Source: a virus
Direction: 5' to 3' (one strand)
IMG/VR virus record: IMGVR_UViG_3300046373_000136
Span: 14,155 to 78,154 of that record
DNA length: 64,000 nt
The notes below the pieces were generated by a model, which saw only the letters and a list, made by a program, of their open reading frames with translations, was not told the origin of the DNA and searched no databases. Position numbers and translations under genes: made by a program. This document shows, one piece after another, positions 49,342-57,893 of the stretch. Positions within the stretch are counted from its first letter, which is position 1; every line of letters begins with the position of its first letter.

Positions 49342-50148
49342 TTAAACAAAACCCCTCGCATTAAATTTGGTCTGGTCATCGGTCTGATCGATGTACATAC
49401 CCTGCTCTGTCAAGTCCTGGCATTCTTTCAAGAATTTCCCGTAGTAAATGTTGCCAGCGTTGAATTCCTGGCCCATGCCGATGGGATTCATGACACGGGA
49501 TGCAATGAAATACAGGAGTGCCTGACGATGGGTCTCCGGCAAGTCAATCTCCACCCGATTCGCGTCAAACTGCCCTGCTCCCGGCTGTATCCGGGGATGC
49601 CCCTGCCGGTAGTGGACGAATACCCGGTCTGTGGCCATGAAATGTGGCACATCCGTATGGCCATCCACGATTCGACGCGGGACTTCCAGCACATTCGCCT
49701 TGGGCGTCATGAAGGACCAGGGATTACCGATCTTGTTGAGCGGCAATTCGTAGTCTTTCGTTGTCTCTACCCGCGTGATGAGCAGGATATCGTCCTGGAA
49801 CTCAGCATACGGCTGGTCCCGGATGTATTCCGGGTCAGCATTCTCCTGTGTGTCCACCAACAGGGTACCGAGGCCCACGTCCAGACGGAAATCCCCAACC
49901 ACCAGGGACTCGTCGCTGTACTTGTGCTCACTGGACAGGTGATAACGGTAGCGGCCGGTGTTGAAAACGACCTCGATGCTGTTCATCTTGAGTGAGAAAC
50001 GCCGATGCAGATCGGTCAGGCCCAGGTTCACATGCGTGAGCAGGGCGTTGTAGTTTGCATCATCAATCTTTCCTTCCGGATTGCCCCCGAGCTTGATCTG
50101 GGAGAACTCACCATAGGTGAGATCGTTGAATATTTCCTGTAGTAACAT
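49342..50148 (-). CDS. Head-tail adaptor (gp67-like)
   Basis: L.YGE.S, N.GLT.LH.RF, C-terminal KF..RGFV; synteny. Confidence 0.8.
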   Translation of the reverse strand: MLLQEIFNDLTYGEFSQIKLGGNPEGKIDDANYNALLTHVNLGLTDLHRRFSLKMNSIEVVFNTGRYRYHLSSEHKYSDESLVVGDFRLDVGLGTLLVDTQENADPEYIRDQPYAEFQDDILLITRVETTKDYELPLNKIGNPWSFMTPKANVLEVPRRIVDGHTDVPHFMATDRVFVHYRQGHPRIQPGAGQFDANRVEIDLPETHRQALLYFIASRVMNPIGMGQEFNAGNIYYGKFLKECQDLTEQGMYIDQTDDQTKFNARGFV

Positions 50149-50156
50149 GTTGTTCC

Positions 50157-51791
50157 TTAAACAATGTATGAGGCCATGCGATCAGCCGGGTTATCTTCGG
50201 TATCGATCTCCCACATGTCGTCTTCCTTCTTGCCAACTGGTGCTTCTTCGGAAGGTTTCCATGGAGTAAGGGATGCCAACATCGAGATGGTATCGCAGAA
50301 GTCATCGTGCTTTGACTTAAATCCACCTAGCGAGACCAGTGACAATTCATTCACGGCTTCCTTCATGGGTTCTTCCATCTTGCGCTCGATAGGGAAGAAG
50401 ATTTTCCGGGCCTTGAACCATGGCACCACCTGATTGAACCGGACCAGCTTGTTCGTGTTCGGCCGCAGACCATCTTCCGTGCTGTCCTTTTCCTTGGCCA
50501 GCGTGAAGTAGATGTTCTTGTCCAGCATACGCTCACGTATCCAGGCGATGAAACCCTTCTGCTGGCCACTGATCTCGATGCCGACACTCTCTGGTTTGTA
50601 TGTCTGAGCCAGTCGGAACAGGTCATCCATGTTCTTGGCCATGTCCTGCCGCTTGCAGATGCCATCCACCCAGAACCAGTCACCCTTGTTGTTGTAGGCC
50701 CAGACGGAAATGACTGAGAAGTCCGACTTCTGGCGCTCACTGGTGGCGAAGTCCGTGGTGATGTAGAAGTTGAACTTGCCCTTGTTGCGCAGCACACCAT
50801 CGATCCGGTACCAGCCGATGTCACCGTCCTGCACCAAACGGTCTTCTTCGCTCATGATGCGCAGCATCAGCTCTTGGTTGAAGGTATCGATCTTCCCGAG
50901 CTGTCGCGCCTTGGTATATTTGTCTAGCACGTGCTCATACGGGAAGCGATCCGGCCAACTGCCCCGGAAATCTTCCTTGCTGCAAGGGAATTCTTCGCAG
51001 ACCGGGAACACGTTGACCGACCAGGCACCGGATTCTACTGCCTTATACAACGGGTCTTTCGCATTGAAGGGTGTGCCGGACCAGATGATCATGTTGTTCG
51101 TCGGGTGCAGCGCATAGTCCACTGCCTTGTAGACGGTATCTTCCACTGCCTGAATGACAATGGTCGAACGGGCATCTTCATCGCTGATCAAGTCATCGAG
51201 CACCGCCAGTTGTGGTCGTTTACCCATCTCCTTGGCACCACGCACACCGGTCTTGGCTCCGTAGCCTTTGACGATGAAGGTGTTGCCATCCTTGTTGATG
51301 AATTCCCAACGGATGTCGGTGAACCGTGCCGTGGGGATGTACTCCTTGAGGAAGTCGGAATTGTCCCGCCGCCACTCCAAGTTCTTGCGCATGTTCTTCA
51401 CGCCGTTCTCAATCGAGTCCGACACGTACAGCGCCAGCGAAATCTTGCCGAAGCCGGGGATATTCCCGAACACCCCGAGGTAGAGGAACAAGTATTCCCC
51501 CATCACCGTGGTCTTGGCCATACCCCGATGACACAAATTGATGATCCGGTGCCCCCGGTTGGTGATGGTGTCCAGCATCTTGTAGTGGACCACCGGCGTC
51601 TTGTGTTCCTCGCCGGCTTCACCGTTGCATAGCTTGATGAACGACACGAATTCCAGGGCGAAGTCAGAAGGAACGTACCCTGGCTCCACCTTGTAGTTGG
51701 TCTTGTTCAGGTAGTCTTCTACCTTCCATGGGGCAGTTGCCCCCAGTGGCTCGCGTTCCGCTAAGCCGAGTGCTTCTTCGAGGGCGCTCAT
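50157..51791 (-). CDS. Terminase large subunit (gp68-like)
   Basis: HRGMAKTT, GAKTGVRG, LDDL, TDFA, KHDDF.D. Confidence 0.95.
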   Translation of the reverse strand: MSALEEALGLAEREPLGATAPWKVEDYLNKTNYKVEPGYVPSDFALEFVSFIKLCNGEAGEEHKTPVVHYKMLDTITNRGHRIINLCHRGMAKTTVMGEYLFLYLGVFGNIPGFGKISLALYVSDSIENGVKNMRKNLEWRRDNSDFLKEYIPTARFTDIRWEFINKDGNTFIVKGYGAKTGVRGAKEMGKRPQLAVLDDLISDEDARSTIVIQAVEDTVYKAVDYALHPTNNMIIWSGTPFNAKDPLYKAVESGAWSVNVFPVCEEFPCSKEDFRGSWPDRFPYEHVLDKYTKARQLGKIDTFNQELMLRIMSEEDRLVQDGDIGWYRIDGVLRNKGKFNFYITTDFATSERQKSDFSVISVWAYNNKGDWFWVDGICKRQDMAKNMDDLFRLAQTYKPESVGIEISGQQKGFIAWIRERMLDKNIYFTLAKEKDSTEDGLRPNTNKLVRFNQVVPWFKARKIFFPIERKMEEPMKEAVNELSLVSLGGFKSKHDDFCDTISMLASLTPWKPSEEAPVGKKEDDMWEIDTEDNPADRMASYIV

Positions 51792-52417
51792 CGTTTGCCT
51801 GACATGTCAGGTGTATAAGGTGCTAAGTCCTTGGCATCCAGTCGCTCCGTGCGCAGGCCCGTTGATGCTTTGTATGCGGCAGCAAAGGCAGGGTCCGAGA
51901 ACAGTGCCTTACCCAGCACCGGGTCTTTGGTCAGATCGACATTCTTGGCTTGCTCATATCCACTCATGGATGCCATCAGCTCATTCCATGGTGCGCCATT
52001 GATCATTCCGGTTGGCTGTGGCACAGGATAGCCCGAGGTGTAGCCATCACTCAGACCAATGGATTCCAGGTGCTTCTGGACTTCTGGATTTGCAAGTGCA
52101 CTACGGAAATTCTGCTGGTAATCCCCATCAGGATTCCCCCCGGCTTTGACGAAGGCGTCGTACATGCCTTGGTCTTTCGTCCAGTCGGAACCATAACGAC
52201 CCTTTGCCCGGTTATCCAGGACATGTTCTTGCTCATGAGCAAACACAGAATCTGGCAGGCCCAACATCTGCCGAGGATCATATTGAATAGTGTTTGGGGC
52301 ATTACCTGGCACACGGGCTGGATGATCCATACCCGGTTTAGCTTGTAACTTGGTGTTGAACAACACACCACCGTCATAGGCTACTTTTTGGTTTTTAGGG
52401 AAGTCGCTCAATGGCAA
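51788..52417 (-). CDS. Hypothetical protein with HExxH motif
   Basis: TTG start with GGAG RBS; VFAHEQEH. Confidence 0.5.
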   Translation of the reverse strand: MPLSDFPKNQKVAYDGGVLFNTKLQAKPGMDHPARVPGNAPNTIQYDPRQMLGLPDSVFAHEQEHVLDNRAKGRYGSDWTKDQGMYDAFVKAGGNPDGDYQQNFRSALANPEVQKHLESIGLSDGYTSGYPVPQPTGMINGAPWNELMASMSGYEQAKNVDLTKDPVLGKALFSDPAFAAAYKASTGLRTERLDAKDLAPYTPDMSGKR

Positions 52418-52683
52418 GTCTCCGTAGTCAGTATTGAAAGGTTAATCCCCACCTGGACAATGATGTGATCCCGGTAGGCTCGAATGAAATGGCCGCGTAC
52501 CAGGACATCGACTTCCCCATTGGCACGGACAACAAGCTGCTGCTTCTCCATACGGGAGAGCACCCATGCCGGCGCTATCGCGGAGCCAACACGATAAATG
52601 TCAGTGACCGGGATGAAGTCAGGCAGCTCGAAGGAACCGATGTCATCCCAGCTATCGTCCTCATCAAATTCATCAGTCTCCAT
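52408..52683 (-). CDS. Hypothetical protein
   Basis: Coupled ORF with acidic N-terminus; start uncertain. Confidence 0.45.
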   Translation of the reverse strand: METDEFDEDDSWDDIGSFELPDFIPVTDIYRVGSAIAPAWVLSRMEKQQLVVRANGEVDVLVRGHFIRAYRDHIIVQVGINLSILTTETCH

Positions 52684-52876
52684 GCGGCACCGGGGAAAAG
52701 TAGGCATCAGAAATCGCCTTCTGCTCATGAATAATGGTCAGGATTGTCTGTCGCAAGGCAGCAATCTGAGCATCCTTGGCGGCGATCTGAAGGTCCAGCT
52801 CCATGAGTTCCAGGTAGGTGGGCAGCTCGCGCTTCTTCAGCTTGTAGTCAACCAGGATCATTTGCAGATTAATCAT
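52673..52876 (-). CDS. Hypothetical coiled-coil protein
   Basis: Coupled to gp69-like gene. Confidence 0.5.
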   Translation of the reverse strand: MINLQMILVDYKLKKRELPTYLELMELDLQIAAKDAQIAALRQTILTIIHEQKAISDAYFSPVPHGD

Positions 52877-53573
52877 CTTCGACTTCCTTCGGTGTCACAT
52901 CGATAATCCGGGCATGCGCAATAGCCTGGGCCGTGGCCCCACCGGACAGAATGAATTCCCGCTGCTGTTGGCTGAGCAGGGCCAGGGTGTTGCGCAAGTC
53001 ATTGACCACGCTGTTCTCTGGGAGCTTCACATCCAGTTCGATCCTGGACTTCTCGGGTGGCTTCAACTGGACCATGATGGAGTTGGCTGCATCACTCCGC
53101 ACCTTCTCCGACTTGGCAGTCATCATCAACACAGCCTGCTCATTGAGCGCCTTCTGATACAGGTCTTGGTTCAGGATGTGCGTCGGTACAAGCGTCTGCT
53201 CCATCAGCTTGTTGACCAGGATGCCCTTGTTGTAGGCCGTTACATACGAAGCGATGTCCTTGGGCGTGACACCTTCATCATGAAACCGCTCGATTTTTTC
53301 GGGGAATGTCCTCGTATAAGACTCAATATTCGTACAGCCCATAACCTTGAACCCGACATACTTCACCGCATTGATGTAGTCAGTGACCTTGAACTTCCCA
53401 TCTTGCATCACTCTGGTATAGCTGAGCAGATTGTTCCGGTACTGCTCGAACAGTTCTGGCTCGCTCAAGGTCGCATTCACTCTATCAATCAAGTCCTGAT
53501 TGACAGACTTCTTGAACTTATCAGGCAAGGCCAACTTGAATTCATCAACGCTCAGGGGTTCAGGTAGGTCCAT
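52869..53573 (-). CDS. Terminase small subunit (gp69-like)
   Basis: Y..AVKYV, Y..TFP, AYNK..LV, A.SEKVR.DAANS..LKPPE. Confidence 0.85.
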   Translation of the reverse strand: MDLPEPLSVDEFKLALPDKFKKSVNQDLIDRVNATLSEPELFEQYRNNLLSYTRVMQDGKFKVTDYINAVKYVGFKVMGCTNIESYTRTFPEKIERFHDEGVTPKDIASYVTAYNKGILVNKLMEQTLVPTHILNQDLYQKALNEQAVLMMTAKSEKVRSDAANSIMVQLKPPEKSRIELDVKLPENSVVNDLRNTLALLSQQQREFILSGGATAQAIAHARIIDVTPKEVEDD

Positions 53574-53644
53574 GGTTCCAGCTTTAGGTTATCGGTCAGG
53601 TATCGTGATGATACATGACAACCTTTATCTGGAGAAATTTGGAC

Positions 53645-53673
53645 AAAAAGAAGCCCCTCTCATGAAGGGGCTT
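53645..53673 (-). terminator. Intrinsic terminator ending the tRNA/ncRNA transcript
   Basis: AAGCCCCT..AGGGGCTT then CTTTTT on the minus strand. Confidence 0.7.
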
Positions 53674-53943
53674 GAATTCCCATGGACGGGAAAGAGACAA
53701 GACAGGCACTACGAATATGGGCCGCTTACGGCGGCGAATCGGGCGTTCCTGTCTCTTGTGCTACCACGCACGCAATACCGGAGCAGTTTCGGCACAGGTT
53801 CTATCGCCATACACCCTGTGAAATGACAGGAGGCTTACACCTCCAGAGCGACATTCATTCTTTCATGTTCGGTGCACCGGCCTACTGGCAGCAAAATTGA
53901 CGATAAGGAAACTGGTAAGGTTTCAACCTGTAGCCGGTGCGCA
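53674..53943 (-). ncRNA. Candidate structured ncRNA of unknown class
   Basis: No credible ORF; multiple long stems and GTAA/GAAA-capped hairpins. Confidence 0.45.
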
Positions 53944-53961
53944 ACCAGTATAACTGAACCA

Positions 53962-54049
53962 TGGAGGAAGGTGAAGGATTCGAACCTTCGGATCACTGAA
54001 GACCTACAGGTTAGCAACCTGCTGCATTCGGCCACTCTGCCAACCTTCC
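53962..54049 (-). tRNA. tRNA-Ser(GCT)
   Basis: Cloverleaf, loop TTGCTAA, long variable arm, GTTCGAATC, CCA. Confidence 0.9.
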
Positions 54050-54057
54050 TTTGAAAC

Positions 54058-54133
54058 TGGGGTGACCAGAGAGTATCGAACTCTCGACCCTCGGGACCAC
54101 AACCCGATGCTCTCCCACTGAGCTATGGCCACC
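54058..54133 (-). tRNA. tRNA-His(GTG)
   Basis: G-1, loop TTGTGGT, CCA. Confidence 0.9.
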
Positions 54134-54200
54134 ATTGATGCTGGGGGAACGGGGCGCTAATACCGTTTTTGCTCCCCACCTATCGGCAGGGCACCCATTC

Positions 54201-54276
54201 TGGCAGGGGCGGCAGGAATCGAACCTACGACACGCGGGATCAAAACCCGCTGCTCTACCAACTGAGCTACACCCCA
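54201..54276 (-). tRNA. tRNA-Gln(TTG)
   Basis: Loop TTTTGAT, GGTTCGATTCC, CCA. Confidence 0.9.
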
Positions 54277-54291
54277 ACTGTACTTATGTTC

Positions 54292-54366
54292 TGGCTCCGA
54301 GACCTGGGATTGAACCAGGGACCAACAGATTAACAGTCTGTTGCACTACCGCTGTGCTATCTCGGA
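54292..54366 (-). tRNA. tRNA-Asn(GTT)
   Basis: Loop CTGTTAA, GGTTCAATCCC, CCA. Confidence 0.9.
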
Positions 54367-54804
54367 TCAACGAGCGTTTGAGTATAAGGTTATCTCCGGT
54401 GCCCATCCCTGCTCTCGCCCTACTGCCTGATCTTTTGCAGGTGGTAGCTGCTTCTTCGGGGAATCATCTCGGGCCTACTATGGAGCCTTCTCAGGAACAT
54501 CCACTCGGTTACTTTGATGGTGATCCAACCCCTATTGGGACCAACCAAACGAAGACGGGAGTATGCCACAGGTATTGCTGAAAGAACATATAATTTTTAT
54601 TGTGAAATTGATAACGAAACTTTTCATAGAGAACTGCTCAATTTTTAGGCAGTAGGTTTTTACATTTTTTCATTAGGGAGATAGATGCAGGACTGAAGGC
54701 CGGAAACATAAATATGCGAAGTACCCCCCGGTCTTTACCACCCACCATACCCCACCTACTACCCACCCACCCTTGCTACCACTCACCATCATCCATGTGT
54801 ATGT

Positions 54805-54817
54805 GGTGCTCCGCACT
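54805..54817 (+). promoter_or_regulatory. vRNAP early hairpin promoter 1
   Basis: GTGC-TCC-GCAC (template GCGGAGC) upstream of the first early gene. Confidence 0.7.
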
Positions 54818-54870
54818 AGAGATGGCTATCTCATGAGTAGCTATCAACCAACCTATATAGGAGTAACACC

Positions 54871-55140
54871 ATGGACGCAATTATGATGGCAGTACGTCAG
54901 GCATTCGGTATGGTCACCAAGCTGTTCAGTGCAGGTGAGAAGTACGCATCTGCTATCGAGCACATCGGTACATTCGTGGATGAATCAGCAGCAGCCTTCA
55001 GTGATGAGGCCAAGCACAAGCGTGCAATGAACATCGAACTGCAACGTGCAGAGTTCGAGCATCAAGTTCAGGAACGCAAGAATGCACTGGCAAACAAGGT
55101 ATCCAGGACGGCACCTAAAGCTATCGCAGCATCCAAGTAA
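54871..55140 (+). CDS. First early gene, hypothetical
   Basis: AGGAG RBS, directly after hairpin promoter. Confidence 0.7.
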   Translation: MDAIMMAVRQAFGMVTKLFSAGEKYASAIEHIGTFVDESAAAFSDEAKHKRAMNIELQRAEFEHQVQERKNALANKVSRTAPKAIAASK

Positions 55141-55200
55141 TCCGTAACTATGACCCTACGCTAGTACAGGTAGGGTTTACCCATATCTCAGGAGATCACC

Positions 55201-55491
55201 ATGTTCATCATTAAACTTGCTACGCATGCATTACTGCTTTGCCTTTCCTTCATCTTGGCTAACCTTGGCTTGGACTGGATTGAACTGGGTTATGGTCTGA
55301 ATCCTTGGATCGCATTCCCTGTTGCTGCCATCATCTTTGCCTTTGTGGTGTATCACGTCATGCGTGGTATCTACGAAGAACACCAGAATCACAAGCAACA
55401 ACAACATCAGGATCAACTCAACCATCAACGTTGGGTGAAGGATCAGATACGTAAGCAATCTTCCAGCAACATGACATTCCCGCATTACTGA
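55201..55491 (+). CDS. Early membrane protein
   Basis: Two TM segments, AGGAG RBS. Confidence 0.6.
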   Translation: MFIIKLATHALLLCLSFILANLGLDWIELGYGLNPWIAFPVAAIIFAFVVYHVMRGIYEEHQNHKQQQHQDQLNHQRWVKDQIRKQSSSNMTFPHY

Positions 55492-55605
55492 TCATGAGCC
55501 TACCTTCGGGTGGGCTTAGATCACTTCACACATACACAAACACAAGATCACCTAGAGACAGACAGTTTCTAAGGAGGATAGAGAATCCATCATCTTCACA
55601 GCAAG

Positions 55606-55620
55606 TCGCACTCCGTGCGA
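55606..55620 (+). promoter_or_regulatory. vRNAP-type hairpin promoter 2
   Basis: TCGCAC-TCC-GTGCGA. Confidence 0.55.
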
Positions 55621-55793
55621 GTGATGAAGCATGAACATCAACTGATCTTCAGTCATGTTGATTGCAGGTTCTACTGGTGATGCAGATTGGTAGATCAACC
55701 TAGGATAACACTGGTTGTATCCTACCATCCTACATCCCATCATCCATCCTACCAACACCGATGTATCACCGATACATTACAAGGAGCATACTC

Positions 55794-56030
55794 ATGTTGA
55801 ACACACCATTTAGTAGAGAACAAGGATTGTCAATTTATAAACTAATTCAGAACATGCCAGTTGGCATGTATATGTCCATCGGGATCACTACTGTGGTCAT
55901 CGGTGTACCTGATGATCATACTGCGGCAGAGGTGTGTGGGAGACTACATAACCAAGGTTGGAAAGTCAGTGTGTACCGTTCTAGGCTCAGTCCGGGACAG
56001 TACCAAATCATTGTTCCCTTGGCCTACTAA
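55794..56030 (+). CDS. Hypothetical early protein
   Basis: AAGGAG RBS before ATG 55794. Confidence 0.55.
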   Translation: MLNTPFSREQGLSIYKLIQNMPVGMYMSIGITTVVIGVPDDHTAAEVCGRLHNQGWKVSVYRSRLSPGQYQIIVPLAY

Positions 56031-56091
56031 TAAGAAGGCACTAAATACTTGTTAAAACAACAAGGGTAGTACTTCTACCGATAGGATAACT

Positions 56092-56334
56092 ATGTTCATA
56101 AATGGAGAATTCCATGCAGTCAGCCTATGTACTAAGTGCAAACAGAGGCACCCTAAATCTCTCACCTGTGCTGGGTATGTATCTATGCTCAATCAACGTA
56201 AACAGACCAAGGAAAACATAGGTAAGTTAGAAGCATTCATTGCTCCTATTCATCATGTGGTACCTGCTGCTCACAATGTCATCTACTGGCGTGGTGAGTA
56301 TTACGACCTCAACAAACAACTGATCAAGGAGTGA
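56092..56334 (+). CDS. Hypothetical early protein with CxxC..H..C motif
   Basis: CTKCKQRH....C. Confidence 0.55.
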   Translation: MFINGEFHAVSLCTKCKQRHPKSLTCAGYVSMLNQRKQTKENIGKLEAFIAPIHHVVPAAHNVIYWRGEYYDLNKQLIKE

Positions 56335-56337
56335 ACC

Positions 56338-56505
56338 ATGAGAGAAACAATGCGGGATGTACTCATCCGAGTACGTAATGAATGGCTTAATGAATACCTC
56401 ACCGTGGCCCAGTATGGTGAGCATCATGGGCTTACCGAAGCTGAAGCACGAGTACTCCTCGATCTTGCTAATCAAGTAGCAAGTCACCCACATCCTGAAT
56501 ACTAA
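56338..56505 (+). CDS. Hypothetical early protein (55 aa)
   Basis: Manual translation MRETMRDVLIRVRNEWLNEYLTV..EHHGL; AGGAG RBS. Confidence 0.6.
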   Translation: MRETMRDVLIRVRNEWLNEYLTVAQYGEHHGLTEAEARVLLDLANQVASHPHPEY

Positions 56506-56515
56506 GGAGCAAACC

Positions 56516-56689
56516 ATGACCAATCTTTACCATGCCAAAGCAGCCGAGTTATCGGATAAGGCATTCATGACCGACTGCTGCTACTGCAACTTCAGCTACA
56601 AAGTGTATGTCGAGCAGGCCAAGATCACTGGTCATGCTTACTTCAGTGAATCCGTCTATGATCTTCACTATGAGATGGTGTGCCCATGA
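56516..56689 (+). CDS. Hypothetical early protein (57 aa)
   Basis: TAAGGAG RBS; MTNLYHAK...CCYC. Confidence 0.55.
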   Translation: MTNLYHAKAAELSDKAFMTDCCYCNFSYKVYVEQAKITGHAYFSESVYDLHYEMVCP

Positions 56690-56925
56690 GCGGCTGGCCA
56701 GGTACTCCCACAAAACCTGCGGTACCAGGGCGAATTCCACTCATGGATGTGCACTTCGTAATCCGTTATAAGGATCAGGTGTACGTCTTTGCCGGATTCA
56801 CCTACCTCTGTGATGCTCTTGCATTACTAGAACATCTCAAGACTCGTAGCCCAAAAGGCATGGTTTATGAGCTGGTTGATCTTATGACCGGTAAGGTAAT
56901 TGCGGCCACTTCTGACCCCAGTTAA
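56686..56925 (+). CDS. Hypothetical early protein
   Basis: ATGA overlap with the previous ORF. Confidence 0.45.
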   Translation: MSGWPGTPTKPAVPGRIPLMDVHFVIRYKDQVYVFAGFTYLCDALALLEHLKTRSPKGMVYELVDLMTGKVIAATSDPS

Positions 56926-56965
56926 ACTACCGTCCTCTCCTGTAACACCGCTTCCCTGTTTGACC

Positions 56966-56978
56966 GGCGCTCCGCGCT
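56966..56978 (+). promoter_or_regulatory. vRNAP hairpin promoter upstream of gp2/RNAP II genes
   Basis: GCGC-TCC-GCGC then TAGA, the same 3' context as promoter 1. Confidence 0.7.
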
Positions 56979-57032
56979 AGATGTGGCAAATCCTGCCAAC
57001 TATCCCCTTTACCCATTCTCCGGAGAAATATC

Positions 57033-57359
57033 ATGGCATACGAAAAAGACAGCAACAAAGGCTCCAATAACACCGCTGCACCAGGCACGAACCAAGGTGG
57101 TAACTATGTCAAGGCTTCGGGTTTCCTGAACCTGTCCATCGTGGGCAAGGACGGCTCCAAGAAGAAGCTGGGTGCCATTCCCCTGTACAAGCACAAGCAT
57201 GCTGAAGCGCAGTTGATGGAATGGCTGCAACCGGTTGGTGCTGATGAAGCCGAGACCGTCACGCTGCGTGCAGCACGTGTGCAGGCTCTCCTGAATGCAC
57301 TCACCTGCGACTTCGTGCCAGTGTCCGATGAGCCGAAGGGCTTCGACCTGCCGATGTAA
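57033..57359 (+). CDS. ssDNA-binding RNAP II activator (N4 gp2/Drc-like)
   Basis: GFLNLSI..KDG..KKLG.IPL; upstream of RNAP II genes. Confidence 0.75.
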   Translation: MAYEKDSNKGSNNTAAPGTNQGGNYVKASGFLNLSIVGKDGSKKKLGAIPLYKHKHAEAQLMEWLQPVGADEAETVTLRAARVQALLNALTCDFVPVSDEPKGFDLPM

Positions 57360-57453
57360 TCCCATGCGCTCTGCCCTCACAGGGTGGAGCGCATATCCTT
57401 TGTAGTGAACCAGACAGGCTACCTATGTGGCCTGTTTCTATTGGAGAATGACC

Positions 57454-57633
57454 ATGGATTTCGAAGCACTCAACACCTACAGTCCGGCTGACATGATGCA
57501 TGCAGCCCAACAACACTCATACCACTATGCCCCTGAATTTCAGGACATAGCACGCATCTCATTCTTCGCTGGGATGTCTTGGATACTCGAACAACAGGCA
57601 GAAGCAGCTAAGAAACTCAAACAAGGAGCATGA
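57454..57633 (+). CDS. Hypothetical protein
   Basis: GGAG RBS. Confidence 0.5.
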   Translation: MDFEALNTYSPADMMHAAQQHSYHYAPEFQDIARISFFAGMSWILEQQAEAAKKLKQGA

Positions 57634-57878
57634 CCATGACCTTCACATTGCCACAAACAAGGCTGATCCAAGCCTGTAAGGACTTGGGCTATGGCTATGC
57701 CAAGTTTGCCACCAGTGTGGAGAAGCAAGGCTGGTGCTCACCCAAGCAGGAAGCAACCCTGCACAAGATGAAACATCTGGGCACCATGCGCAAACATACG
57801 TGGAACAACACACCAACCCATTTACCAGACAGTGATGATGGTGTCCTCATCGACTTCGAAGATGGTAGCTACATATAA
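57630..57878 (+). CDS. Hypothetical protein
   Basis: KFA.SV..QG.CSPKQ..L motif; coupled. Confidence 0.6.
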   Translation: MTMTFTLPQTRLIQACKDLGYGYAKFATSVEKQGWCSPKQEATLHKMKHLGTMRKHTWNNTPTHLPDSDDGVLIDFEDGSYI

Positions 57879-57893
57879 CCAAGGAGAAACATC

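Noticed and set aside
25600-53573. Many long plus-strand ORFs antisense to vRNAP and structural genes (e.g. 27301..28875, 29770..31323, 43391..44683)
   Set aside because: Shadow ORFs caused by codon bias of the real minus-strand genes; no RBS or motifs
53940-54291. Theta/HDV-like ribozymes at tRNA 3' trailers
   Set aside because: Could not build the nested double pseudoknot by eye
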